From: Bacteroidales bacterium
GTDB lineage: Bacteria > Bacteroidota > Bacteroidia > Bacteroidales > M50B96
Reading direction: 5' to 3'
DNA: 56,844 bases
NCBI GenBank assembly: GCA_041584015.1
Contig: JBFHES010000002.1
Span: 1 to 56,844, forward strand
The stretch's first letter is position 1. Every line of letters starts with the position of its first letter. The translations under genes were made by a program, and so were the position numbers. Of this stretch, positions 37,839 to 46,926 are shown one piece after another. The notes under the pieces were generated by a model. That model saw nothing but the letters and a program-made list of their open reading frames with translations. It did not search any database and had not been told where the DNA came from.

Positions 37839-40800
37839 TTAGTTTAGTAATAGAAGTTTTGCCTTTGCTCTTTTTCGTTGGAGTTTTAACCGGAATTCAA
37901 AGTCACCTTGTTTTTTGGCAGGCAGGCTTTTTGTTTTTTTTGGCTTCAGTCCAGTTTCCGGAATCTCGCAGATCTGTGGATCAACATCAGTAAATTTGTA
38001 ATCAAGCAGGTAATTTAGGTTCTCAAATTCCTTCACCCGGTCGGCAATGGATTTACCTTGTACAGCCATCTTATTTTTCTTCTCTTTGATTTCCGCAATT
38101 ACCTCCTGACGGTATTCTGTAGACTTAATCCTGATCGATTCTTCCTGTGCTTTTTCCATGTCTTTTTTAAAGTTGGCAATGATCTCATAAATATTATCAT
38201 GGATGGAATAACCATTCGCACCTAAAACGGATTTCTCCGCTTTTTTAATCTTGGCCAGATACTCTTTGAAATATTCCATGCGCCAATGATCAAAGTAATC
38301 CTTTCGTCCGGCAATTTTTCTAGCTGTCTGAAGAATAAACTTATCTTCCAACGGAACAGTTTCGAAGAACTTCTTCAGCTCTTCATAAAGTTCCAAATCT
38401 TTCTGGGTTTCTTTTCGAGCTTTCTCATTCAGTTCTTTTAGTTTTACTTTGGAATAAGGTGTTTTTACATAATCGTAATCTCCGATTATTTGCAACCACC
38501 GCTTGATATGATCGATTAAATCTTGTCGGTATTTTTGATAGCTGGCATAATCTCTATTGAATTCCTGAAGCACTTTGATGTTGTGCTCAACACCTTCTAC
38601 TTTTCGGGTTTGCATTTTAACCTGCTTCGAGATTTCCACTTTCGCTAATTCCTCCAGGTTGGTGATGAGTGCAAATTTCACTTCTTCCGGATCCAGGCTT
38701 TCCAAATCAAGTACATTGCCCCGGTCGCCTCTAAACCAAATGTCATTAATACGATTTGATTTTTCTTCCAGTTTTTGAAACACAAACACATCCATGGAGT
38801 CCTGTACTAGTGGCATCACTACTCTCACATAACCATATTCATTACCTTGTCTCCAAACTCTACCTTCTAGCTGTCTTAAGTCTGTTGGATTCCAATCGGG
38901 ATATGCATTGTAAACAACCGTTCCTTTCTTCTGAAGGTCAATCCCCTCTCGTATGGTTGCCGTTCCTATGATCACCTTACAAGTACCATCTAGAAATGCT
39001 TCTTTGATCTTTTCCTTCTTAATTGCAGAAATGGAACTATCAACTATTTCTACTTCATCTACTTTGAAGTTCTTACCTCCTGATCTAAAATCTACCTTTT
39101 GCTTATAGCCAACTTTTTTCTCAAGGTATTCCTTTAAGAAGTGGAAATACTGTTTTCCACGATTCATATAAATCACCTGTCCGGAAACAGTTTCATTTCG
39201 TTTTTCATGATAAGCTTTCACCGAAGCCACACATCCCATGATATAATTAATCTTTGGGCTCTCGTTTACATATTCCAGATAGTCTTCAGGTTGTTCCTCT
39301 TTTTCATACAGGAATGGACTCAATGCATTGTCCAGGGAATAGTTTAAGGAACGAAGCAAGTTGGCCATATCCAACTTTCCGGATGTAGATGACTTAGCCA
39401 TGTTTACAATTGCCTTTTGATTGATGGCTTGTCGGGCGGTTGGCTCCAGGTAAGTCAGAATCTGCTTGTTTGGTGGTAATCTTTTAACCTGTCCTTCCTT
39501 GGTTGTATTAACCTTTGGGAGGTTTACTTTGCAAGGGCGTTTTACCCCAGCTTCTTCTCCAGTTTTATAGTTGATGTTGTTATAAATAAGCTTCTGAAGG
39601 ATCAGTCGATTATTGAAAGATTTAACCACTTCCTTTTCTTCAATCTCATTTTTGTAATTGGCCACATACTCATAAGTGGGTAGTACAAACGTTTCAAAGA
39701 ACTCATTGATGTTGTATATGTTCATCTTCCGAAGATTATCATAGGCAACCAGTGAGAGCATGGAGTAGATTTCCAGAGCTGAGTTTGTAAAAGGAGTTGC
39801 AGTCAATAAACAGACGTTTTTGCCAACTTTTCTTTGAATGTAATTACAGAGGAAAAACGCTTTGATCCCAGTTTCTGAAACTTGTCCCTGGATGTTGAAA
39901 CGTTTGGTGTCTTTCTTTTCCTTCAGCTTCACTGAATCAAATACATTTTTACATCGATGCGCTTCATCGATCACGATGTAATCAAATCCCAGAGTCTCAA
40001 TATCGGCAATGGTGTTTTTGATCCCAACACCAATTTTCTCCCGATACTTTTGATATTGAATCTCCATATCACGAGCTGATTTGTTGCTACCGCTGTGCTC
40101 TTTGGAGAATTCACTTTGTCCAAGGATGTTTGCCAGCTCCACAAATAGTTCATCACTTACATCGTCACCAAAACCGATCTTCTTAAAACCTTCATAAGTC
40201 AGCATGGTAATTGACTTCGCCGGAACTGGTTTTTCAAAATCGATTTTTTCCTTTATCCCAGTTCCCAGGTTGTACCAATCATTAATTGTAATATCCGTTC
40301 CTGTAAGGATACCCTCTTTGATAATGTTCCCGTCTTTATCCTGTTTGCCTATGATTTCTTCTATCCACTTTGCGTAAGTCGGATTTGGAACGACAATAAT
40401 TGGACGGGCACATTTTCCAGAATACATGGAATTTGCCAGCTCAACAATTGCCGTCAATGTTTTACCAACACCTACATCGTAAGCGATGATTCCGCTTCCG
40501 GCCAGTTCCATAAAAGCAACGCCTTCCCGTTGTGCCGGACGTATCTCCAGATCAAATCCTTTGAACTTGGATGACACATCAAAACCAATGGGTATTTTAT
40601 GATGCTGTACATTGCTTTGTCCATTGAAAAGCCTGTTCCATTTGAAGTCAAGTTTCTGTTGATCCTCAAATGTCAGAGCTTCATGTAAGAATCGTTCAAA
40701 AAGCCGTTCCCCTTCATCACGGGCATTGCCTTTCAATTCAGCTTTTTGTGCTTTGGAAGATCCTCTTGGAGCATTTGCCCCCATCAAATAATAACGGATA

Positions 40801-41486
40801 ATATTCCATGCTGATGAATCGTTAAATTCATTTCGTTCCAAGGTGTACAACCAATCCTTAAATGCATCCTGAAGGTGTTTTTGCCTATCTAAGGTAATTC
40901 CTGTTTCTTCTTTCAGGTCTTCCACTTTGAAGTCTGTTGCGAAGCTTGAGATAGCTAATATTTTTGGTCGCTCTTTTGGATCAGGATTGGTAATGCTAAG
41001 TAATCTTGGTTTACTTTCTGTAATTACTTCCAAGTGTTTTTCATATACTTTTTCTCCATAGGTACTACCTAGGTACTCCCTATCTGACTCAAGTTGTAAT
41101 TCCCGGTCATACATATTCCCAAATGCATAAACAGGCAAAGGCAATAGTTGCCCGTCTAGGTAAAATAATACACCTGCTTTTACCAAACGTTTGAGTTCCT
41201 TTTCCTGATTTCCTTTGATGTAATAAACATCCCAACCGGACATAGGAATATGGTTCTGCCTGCGATACCATACCCAGGCCAAGATTTCATCCCTGCTGAT
41301 TCCAGCATTGTATTGCCTGACCACCTGCGAAAACGGAATGACATTACTGGCATACCCAAGTCCTTTCAAATTGCTTCTTTGAAGTAGGTTCTCCAGGGAT
41401 TGATTATTTGACTTGATTTGCTTTTTGAGGCAACTTGGTAACTGGCCAAGTCCTTCAATATTTTGGATGCCGTTTAAATAGCTCAT
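37839..41486 (-). CDS. SNF2-family helicase (large, with an N-terminal domain of about 300 aa of unknown function)
   Basis: 1215 aa. Motif I is AYDVGVGKTL and motif II is IVIDEAHRCKN. It also has LLTATPFTNS and a helicase-C motif WNPTDLRQLEGRVWRQGN. Confidence 0.9.
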   Translation of the reverse strand: MSYLNGIQNIEGLGQLPSCLKKQIKSNNQSLENLLQRSNLKGLGYASNVIPFSQVVRQYNAGISRDEILAWVWYRRQNHIPMSGWDVYYIKGNQEKELKRLVKAGVLFYLDGQLLPLPVYAFGNMYDRELQLESDREYLGSTYGEKVYEKHLEVITESKPRLLSITNPDPKERPKILAISSFATDFKVEDLKEETGITLDRQKHLQDAFKDWLYTLERNEFNDSSAWNIIRYYLMGANAPRGSSKAQKAELKGNARDEGERLFERFLHEALTFEDQQKLDFKWNRLFNGQSNVQHHKIPIGFDVSSKFKGFDLEIRPAQREGVAFMELAGSGIIAYDVGVGKTLTAIVELANSMYSGKCARPIIVVPNPTYAKWIEEIIGKQDKDGNIIKEGILTGTDITINDWYNLGTGIKEKIDFEKPVPAKSITMLTYEGFKKIGFGDDVSDELFVELANILGQSEFSKEHSGSNKSARDMEIQYQKYREKIGVGIKNTIADIETLGFDYIVIDEAHRCKNVFDSVKLKEKKDTKRFNIQGQVSETGIKAFFLCNYIQRKVGKNVCLLTATPFTNSALEIYSMLSLVAYDNLRKMNIYNINEFFETFVLPTYEYVANYKNEIEEKEVVKSFNNRLILQKLIYNNINYKTGEEAGVKRPCKVNLPKVNTTKEGQVKRLPPNKQILTYLEPTARQAINQKAIVNMAKSSTSGKLDMANLLRSLNYSLDNALSPFLYEKEEQPEDYLEYVNESPKINYIMGCVASVKAYHEKRNETVSGQVIYMNRGKQYFHFLKEYLEKKVGYKQKVDFRSGGKNFKVDEVEIVDSSISAIKKEKIKEAFLDGTCKVIIGTATIREGIDLQKKGTVVYNAYPDWNPTDLRQLEGRVWRQGNEYGYVRVVMPLVQDSMDVFVFQKLEEKSNRINDIWFRGDRGNVLDLESLDPEEVKFALITNLEELAKVEISKQVKMQTRKVEGVEHNIKVLQEFNRDYASYQKYRQDLIDHIKRWLQIIGDYDYVKTPYSKVKLKELNEKARKETQKDLELYEELKKFFETVPLEDKFILQTARKIAGRKDYFDHWRMEYFKEYLAKIKKAEKSVLGANGYSIHDNIYEIIANFKKDMEKAQEESIRIKSTEYRQEVIAEIKEKKNKMAVQGKSIADRVKEFENLNYLLDYKFTDVDPQICEIPETGLKPKKTKSLPAKKQGDFEFRLKLQRKRAKAKLLLLN

Positions 41487-41896
41487 AATTGCATGATTTT
41501 GAGTTTGGCTTTTGCTCTTTTTCTTTTTAGGGATAACTGAAACTGCATCCCTTTATCAATGCTGATTGCATTAATGATATCCTGCTTTGTCCCCTTGATG
41601 GTAATTGGAAACTCCCTTGATGTACTTACAATTTCTTTTCCTGCTACTTTCTCTAGATGCATGGCAAACCAGGTATTAAACCGGGTTTGTTCCTGAAAAC
41701 TCAAAGTCTCATTGGAAAAACTACGTTTTGATAGCATTTCTGTAATGAGTTTTTCTTCATCATATCCTTTAGGAAAAACACCATTGCGAAGTACTACCCG
41801 GGCATTGTTAATTCCATTACCATCAGCATCAACTTTTGTAATCAACTCTTCAATGACAGCAATCCGTGCACGGTAATATTTCGGTGTCTTTTGCAT
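41483..41896 (-). CDS. Hypothetical protein sharing a basic C-terminal tail with the SNF2 protein
   Basis: 137 aa. It is coupled to the SNF2 gene by a 4-nt overlap. It ends in FQLSLKRKRAKAKLKIMQL. Confidence 0.45.
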   Translation of the reverse strand: MQKTPKYYRARIAVIEELITKVDADGNGINNARVVLRNGVFPKGYDEEKLITEMLSKRSFSNETLSFQEQTRFNTWFAMHLEKVAGKEIVSTSREFPITIKGTKQDIINAISIDKGMQFQLSLKRKRAKAKLKIMQL

Positions 41897-42829
41897 TTAG
41901 AGTTCACTTTCAATCTGAGGAATGCTGGCTGAAGCTGTGATTCCATCAGAGATCATCATTTGGATGATCCTGTTTTCCATCCAGGAATATCCTTTATGGG
42001 ATTGAATGAGTTTATAGATTGCAGGGGTTAAATCTGAATTCTTATTCACTTTTTGGAGCTGCTGCAAAATTTCCTCACGAAGCCTTTTCTCCAGACTAAG
42101 CTTTTTATTTTGCTTTGTCGGGAGATTTCCAAGTCCTCCTTCATCTCCAAAGGAGTAATAGCCATTCTTTGCTGTCACAATGATATGATCCAGCATGTTC
42201 ACACCAACCGCCTTTGAGGCTTTCATAACCTGCTTGGTCAATCGTTTATCTGCTTCTGATGGTGTTTTACTACCACTAGGGTGATTGTGAGAAATAATGA
42301 ATGAGCGAGCCAGCGACTTTAATACAATACCCATTAACATTGGAATATCGGCTAGTGTACTGACTGGCGTTCCAACAGTATGTTTATAGTACCCAATGAT
42401 GTTTAGTTGGTTGTCAGTTAACAAGAGTACAAAGTGCTCCTGAAGACCAATGCTACGTCCATAAACTCGCTTTAGGAAATTGTAAACATCCTTACTCGTT
42501 TGCACCTTTTCAAAGGTTTTGCCCTTGTTATACCTGACTTTGATTTCAGGAATCTGTACTTCCTTTCTAAAATCCCCATAAAGCACAACCTCCGGTTTTG
42601 TTTGATAGCTTACAAGTCCAAGGTCTGTTCCCCAGTTGCTATTGGTCTTGGGATTACATGAAATTCGTTCAAGATAAGTTCTTGTATAAATCTTCAGGTT
42701 TGGAAAACTCAATTCATTTTTATGACTGTTCGCATCGGTTTTGTATTCCCATCCGGATAGTATCTTTTTGGTGTCCGTATTGAACACAAAGTATTTATAT
42801 GCTACTCGATCGTGTTTATTGTAAGCCAT
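41897..42829 (-). CDS. radC: RadC-like JAB/MPN-domain protein
   Basis: 310 aa. The C-terminal SFIISHNHPSGSKTPSEADKRLTKQ is the RadC/JAMM signature (HxHPSG...S..D). Confidence 0.75.
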   Translation of the reverse strand: MAYNKHDRVAYKYFVFNTDTKKILSGWEYKTDANSHKNELSFPNLKIYTRTYLERISCNPKTNSNWGTDLGLVSYQTKPEVVLYGDFRKEVQIPEIKVRYNKGKTFEKVQTSKDVYNFLKRVYGRSIGLQEHFVLLLTDNQLNIIGYYKHTVGTPVSTLADIPMLMGIVLKSLARSFIISHNHPSGSKTPSEADKRLTKQVMKASKAVGVNMLDHIIVTAKNGYYSFGDEGGLGNLPTKQNKKLSLEKRLREEILQQLQKVNKNSDLTPAIYKLIQSHKGYSWMENRIIQMMISDGITASASIPQIESEL

Positions 42830-43608
42830 TAGATTTTTCGTTTTAGTACAATGATGTCAGTTGGAACTGAAGAGAATCGAAATACGGGAGGCAATCGGTA
42901 GGCTTCAACCAGATCAGCTAGCTTTCCGATTTCGGCTTTCTCTCTGTTATAACTAAATCCGTTTCTCAGGAAATTACTGGAGGTGATAAAAACCAATAAT
43001 CCACCAGGTTTTAAAAGTCGCATTCCGTAATACATGAACATGAGTTCAATCTGCTGCATTTTGGGACTTTTGAAAAAGGAGCTGTACTTGTTTTTGTATT
43101 TGCCGTATGGTGGATTGCCAATCACAAGAGAGAAAGGATAGTCCTCCAACCAGGTTGGGATATTTATTACCCCTGGTTTAATCCTTTCCCTGAAGCGTGG
43201 TGGATTTAAAAATGCGGTTTCAAAGTAGCCTGTATGAATGGTAGCTTCAGGATAGGTAATCTCACAAATCCTTGCTGTTAAGGGATTGATCTCAAAACCC
43301 GTCACTTTTGATTTATCTGGAAATGGTTTGATTAGTCTTCCGGTGGCAATAGCTGGTTCCAGAATTGATCCTCTGTCATAACCATATTTCACCGCCAGGT
43401 CATACATAAGCTCACATATGTAATCCGGAGTGTAGAACTCATAAAGCACTCCTTCACCCGTTGCACCTTTCGAACCTTGTCCTCCAGCTCCTTCATACTG
43501 TTGAATAAAATCAATATCAGCTTTTGAATAGACTTCTTGTTTTGAATCCTTATCCCGGATAAAGGTTTCTATTTCTTTGTTGAGCTGATACTGATTTTTC
43601 TTCATCAC
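42829..43608 (-). CDS. N6-adenine DNA methyltransferase (orphan; no adjacent restriction gene seen)
   Basis: 259 aa. Motif I is ILEPAIATGRL and motif IV is VIGNPPYGK. The track start is GTG at 43608; an ATG follows at 43605. Confidence 0.75.
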   Translation of the reverse strand: MMKKNQYQLNKEIETFIRDKDSKQEVYSKADIDFIQQYEGAGGQGSKGATGEGVLYEFYTPDYICELMYDLAVKYGYDRGSILEPAIATGRLIKPFPDKSKVTGFEINPLTARICEITYPEATIHTGYFETAFLNPPRFRERIKPGVINIPTWLEDYPFSLVIGNPPYGKYKNKYSSFFKSPKMQQIELMFMYYGMRLLKPGGLLVFITSSNFLRNGFSYNREKAEIGKLADLVEAYRLPPVFRFSSVPTDIIVLKRKI

Positions 43609-43745
43609 TTATTTCTTCTTTTCCACTCTTTCCCTGCTTCCTTCACGCACTGTGTCCATTTTTTATTTGGACTTTTCCTACGGATTTGCTTTGCGATCTT
43701 CATGATCTCAGATCCTACTGTTCCTGCTTTTTTCTTTTTTGCCAT
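43605..43745 (-). CDS. Possible small Lys-rich protein (46 aa)
   Basis: An ATG-to-TGA ORF, MAKKKKAGTVGSEIMKIAKQIRRKSPNKKWTQCVKEAGKEWKRRNK. It was read by eye and is below the track cutoff. Its stop overlaps the methyltransferase start. Confidence 0.3.
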   Translation of the reverse strand: MAKKKKAGTVGSEIMKIAKQIRRKSPNKKWTQCVKEAGKEWKRRNK

Positions 43746-43799
43746 GATACTTATGTTTGGTGTTTGATGCCCGGTGTTGGGTGTTAGGAGTTTTCGTTT

Positions 43800-43841
43800 C
43801 TTGATACTTTGTACTTGATACTTTGTACTTGATACTAACTA
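43800..43841 (-). repeat. Six tandem heptamers (TANNNAG) immediately after the amidase stop codon
   Basis: The minus strand reads TAG|TAGTTAG TATCAAG TACAAAG TATCAAG TACAAAG TATCAAG. Confidence 0.8.
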
Positions 43842-44312
43842 CTAAAGCGCCAGCTTTCTTATGACGTCCATATCCACCAACTTTCCAGGGCACTCCGTTG
43901 CTGCTAGTTCTCTGTGTCCCCTGACAATTAAGTGACCTCCAAGTTTCTGTTTCAATTCCTTGATAAGCCTGATCAATGCATCCATTTGTTCCTTGCTTGG
44001 AGCATGGTTTGAAAGGTTACCGGACACGGAAATACCAATACTCGTTGTATTATGACCTTTGGTGTGATAACTGATCGTATCCAGCTCATTGGTCTGGTTT
44101 ACATTTCCGTCCTTTTCAATGACATAGTGATAACCGATCCCCGGCCAGCCCTGACCAATGTGCCATTTTGCGTAGTCAAAAGCTGTGAAACCATCCATTG
44201 CTGAATGATGAACTACAATCTGTTTGATTAGCTTGAGGTCACGTTTTCCATATTTCTTTCTATCACTCTTTGGTAAGAGATCGATGATATTTTTGATTTT
44301 AAGTGCTGTCAT
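43842..44312 (-). CDS. N-acetylmuramoyl-L-alanine amidase (PGRP/Amidase_2-type endolysin)
   Basis: 156 aa. It has IVVHHSAM, GWPGIGYHYVIEKDGNV, HTKGHNTTSIGISVSGN and HRELAATECPG, which are typical of the zinc amidase family. Confidence 0.85.
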   Translation of the reverse strand: MTALKIKNIIDLLPKSDRKKYGKRDLKLIKQIVVHHSAMDGFTAFDYAKWHIGQGWPGIGYHYVIEKDGNVNQTNELDTISYHTKGHNTTSIGISVSGNLSNHAPSKEQMDALIRLIKELKQKLGGHLIVRGHRELAATECPGKLVDMDVIRKLAL

Positions 44313-44389
44313 AGTTCCTCCAATTGCTGCCAGTGATATTCCTGTTATGATCCACCAGAGCTTTTTATTTTGATTTGACTTTCGTTTGA

Positions 44390-44983
44390 TTACTTTGTGA
44401 TTTGAATGCTTTTAGAATACTGTATCGTAGAATTGGGGTTTTTACACTGGATCACCTGTTCGAGTTGTCTGGGTGAAAGAATCCACAGCCAGGGTTTTCG
44501 TCGCTTTCCACGATAGACAATCTGGATGATGCTATCTCTTGATGTAATATTCATTCGTATAGAATCATCCCTGATGTCTCCAACAACATCATAGAACATG
44601 TCATGATAGTTAAAGCTCTTCATCTGGATGGTATCTAAAACAATGCTATCCCTAAGTATGGTTTGGATTTCTTTTTCCTGATGAACGACTGTTTCAGAAT
44701 AATGATTGACCTGCTTTGGTGAGACTTTCAATGCTTTGATCTCAGATAGTATTTCTGGAAAAATGTGTTTGAGTTCTGAACTCTTCAATTCCATCACTTC
44801 CAGCTTTGCAACCAACTTATTATTCTCTCCTTTGTAGTATGACAATTCTTGTCCTGATGCTTTAAAAGCTTGCTCAATTCGGTTCTTTTCTTTTTTCAGG
44901 TTGAACAGTCTTTTCCCAAGGAAACTCGTAGAAATGGTCAACCCTATCAATACAATTGCGACAATATTTTGAATAGTCCTCAT
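44390..44983 (-). CDS. N-terminally anchored coiled-coil protein (spanin-like lysis accessory, tentative)
   Basis: 197 aa with one N-terminal TM followed by a coiled coil. It sits between the holin-like and endolysin genes and overlaps the holin-like gene by 4 nt. Confidence 0.4.
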   Translation of the reverse strand: MRTIQNIVAIVLIGLTISTSFLGKRLFNLKKEKNRIEQAFKASGQELSYYKGENNKLVAKLEVMELKSSELKHIFPEILSEIKALKVSPKQVNHYSETVVHQEKEIQTILRDSIVLDTIQMKSFNYHDMFYDVVGDIRDDSIRMNITSRDSIIQIVYRGKRRKPWLWILSPRQLEQVIQCKNPNSTIQYSKSIQITK

Positions 44984-45165
44984 GATTGCTGCTTATTACT
45001 AGGTCGTTTGGTTTCTCCCCAGATGTAGGTGGTAAGGATGGTCATCATTCCGGCAATGGCACTAATTCCAAGTGTTTCTAATCCTTTAAAAGTGGATGTG
45101 ATAGCAATAAATGCCAGTATGATCCCAGATGCTATGCTTAATTTCAATCTTGTCCTGTTATTCAT
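44980..45165 (-). CDS. Holin-like small membrane protein
   Basis: 61 aa with two predicted TM helices and a charged C-terminus (ETKRPSNKQQS). It lies immediately upstream of the lysis genes. Confidence 0.5.
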   Translation of the reverse strand: MNNRTRLKLSIASGIILAFIAITSTFKGLETLGISAIAGMMTILTTYIWGETKRPSNKQQS

Positions 45166-45216
45166 GTTTGTATTGGTTTATTGTTTGTAGTACATGGTGA
45201 TAGTTTGGTTACATCT

Positions 45217-45251
45217 CAACTGACAACCTATAACCGATAACTCACAACTGT
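45217..45251 (-). repeat. Five tandem heptamers (TNRGTTR) immediately after a stop codon
   Basis: The minus strand reads TAA|ACAGTTG TGAGTTA TCGGTTA TAGGTTG TCAGTTG. Confidence 0.7.
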
Positions 45252-45512
45252 TTAGATATCGTTCCATCTTCCATCAGAATAGGCTTGTTGAACAAAAAGC
45301 CCTCGATCAACACCCATCCTGAAGTTGCCATCTTCATCCCGGTTATTGATGTCCTGTGCCCAGTAGATCATCCCTCCTGATATCACAATGGAATGGCTAT
45401 TTCCCATACTATCAAAAACGGTGGGTGACATAAAGGTCTTCATGCCATCAACATTCTGATCTGACCGGGTATCAACTGCCCCTTGAACTTGCTTTGCTTG
45501 TATCTGTTCCAT
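45252..45512 (-). CDS. Hypothetical virion-associated protein
   Basis: 86-aa ORF in the co-directional block. No motif was recognised. Confidence 0.4.
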   Translation of the reverse strand: MEQIQAKQVQGAVDTRSDQNVDGMKTFMSPTVFDSMGNSHSIVISGGMIYWAQDINNRDEDGNFRMGVDRGLFVQQAYSDGRWNDI

Positions 45513-45625
45513 TGCCCTGAGTTGGAAAAGAAGCCGGGTGACCAGCTTAAATTAAACCACTAACTATGAATGAGAATCTCTACTTTCTCGTATCGTGGCC
45601 AGTCACCCTTAGCTTCAGTTATTGT

Positions 45626-46462
45626 TTAGTACTTGTAAATCACAAAGATTTCATCTGATGCCTCAGTCTCGTAAGGAACATTGATCAATACACCCGTTGT
45701 ACCTGCAGCCCAGTTCACTCTGTCAACTCGAATTGGTCCGAAGAATACCAGCACTTCAAATCCATCCTTGATATTCTGTGAAACATTCACAGTAAAATCC
45801 TGGTTTGCCGGAGAAACAATGCCACTGAAAGTCTCTTTTGTTTCTGTGAATTGATCTTCCTTAGAGTTTGCCGCCGCTTGTGCAGCATTCGCAGCATTCA
45901 GCGCATTGGTAGCAGTTGTCTGGGCATTACTGATATTGGTAACATTGTTGTTGACCGTTGACTCAAGGTCATCCAAATCAACTGGCTGTGTTACCGAGAT
46001 AAAACCAAGCTTGGCTTTCTCAGCATCGGTGAACGCATTGGTATCAGCATTGCTTTCATAAGCTGTTTTGATTGCCGATGCGGTCATGGCATTGTCGAAG
46101 AGATCTTGATCTGCCACCTTCTGGAAAGTACTAGTGGATCCCTGACCATTAGTAACCGCTGTTACAAGGTAAAGTGCCCACTTACCATCGCCATCATCTT
46201 CAACAAACACACGGTCTGATACTAACAGTCCACTCAATGCATCACGTGCCGGGATGTCTGCTACGTTAAAACCATTCTGTGCGCCAGAAATCATGGCATC
46301 AACTTCCGCCTTGTTGTATACATCAAGGTTCGTTCGAGCCTGTCCTGTGTTAGTTAGATCACTAAGGTTATTCGCCTTTAGTAACACCTCGTTTAGGTTC
46401 GCCTTTGCAGCTAAATCCGAAACCAGGTTTAAAATTTGTTTTTGTTTGATGAAATCACTCAT
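45626..46462 (-). CDS. Fibre/spike-like receptor-binding protein candidate
   Basis: 278 aa. The N-terminal NLSDLTNTGQARTNLDVYNKAEVD motif is common at phage fibre N-termini. It also has an Ala/Asn-rich coiled segment and a beta-rich C-terminus. Confidence 0.5.
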   Translation of the reverse strand: MSDFIKQKQILNLVSDLAAKANLNEVLLKANNLSDLTNTGQARTNLDVYNKAEVDAMISGAQNGFNVADIPARDALSGLLVSDRVFVEDDGDGKWALYLVTAVTNGQGSTSTFQKVADQDLFDNAMTASAIKTAYESNADTNAFTDAEKAKLGFISVTQPVDLDDLESTVNNNVTNISNAQTTATNALNAANAAQAAANSKEDQFTETKETFSGIVSPANQDFTVNVSQNIKDGFEVLVFFGPIRVDRVNWAAGTTGVLINVPYETEASDEIFVIYKY

Positions 46463-46491
46463 GTTTGATTCTGTTTATTGGTTAATAAAAA

Positions 46492-46920
46492 CTACTGTGT
46501 TATTTGATATCTTAATCGTACTGTATCTGAGGGTTCCAACTCGAAGCTGCCATGCCAGTAAAGGGTGCTTCCAATGATGTGATAGCTAAGCTGAGGGTGT
46601 GATTCATAATAAACCCCATTGACCGTAAGTAGCAGGTTAGCCCCTTCTGGAATCGCTGTTTCCAATTCAATCTCTGTTTGTCCAGCCACGTTAACAGTAA
46701 GCAAGTAATCCTGCCAGGTAAAAACGGTTCCTGTTGACGAGCCACTACCTGCACTACCACCACCAGCGTTAACCACTGCCGTATCGAATGAACTGATCCG
46801 GTATGCTTCTCCTTCAAAGTCGATCTCATCGTTTGTAGGATCACCCAGAATTTCAAGAATATCCTGTAGGGTAAAGTCTTTACTTTCTCCATCGATTACT
46901 TTTTTTAATGTAAATGTCAT
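46492..46920 (-). CDS. Hypothetical beta-rich protein with a Gly/Ser linker
   Basis: 142-aa ORF. The overlapping 126-aa ORF in another frame is judged to be a shadow. Confidence 0.4.
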   Translation of the reverse strand: MTFTLKKVIDGESKDFTLQDILEILGDPTNDEIDFEGEAYRISSFDTAVVNAGGGSAGSGSSTGTVFTWQDYLLTVNVAGQTEIELETAIPEGANLLLTVNGVYYESHPQLSYHIIGSTLYWHGSFELEPSDTVRLRYQITQ

Positions 46921-46926
46921 ATCCTA

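Noticed and set aside
37839-43608. Complete DISARM, BREX or Zorya system
   Set aside because: Only an SNF2 helicase and an adenine methyltransferase are present. The defining partners (DrmA/B/C, PglZ/BrxC/BrxL, ZorA/B) are absent from the neighbourhood.
43708-43893. 61-aa minus-strand ORF spanning the heptamer array
   Set aside because: It overlaps the 3' end of the endolysin gene in another frame and is translated largely from the tandem heptamers. Its repetitive K/S/T-rich sequence is an artefact of the repeat.
46512-46892. 126-aa ORF overlapping 46492..46920 in another frame on the same strand
   Set aside because: It is fully nested in the longer ORF. The longer ORF has a clean start with a 6-nt gap after the upstream gene (46927..47772) and a plausible domain-linker-domain layout.
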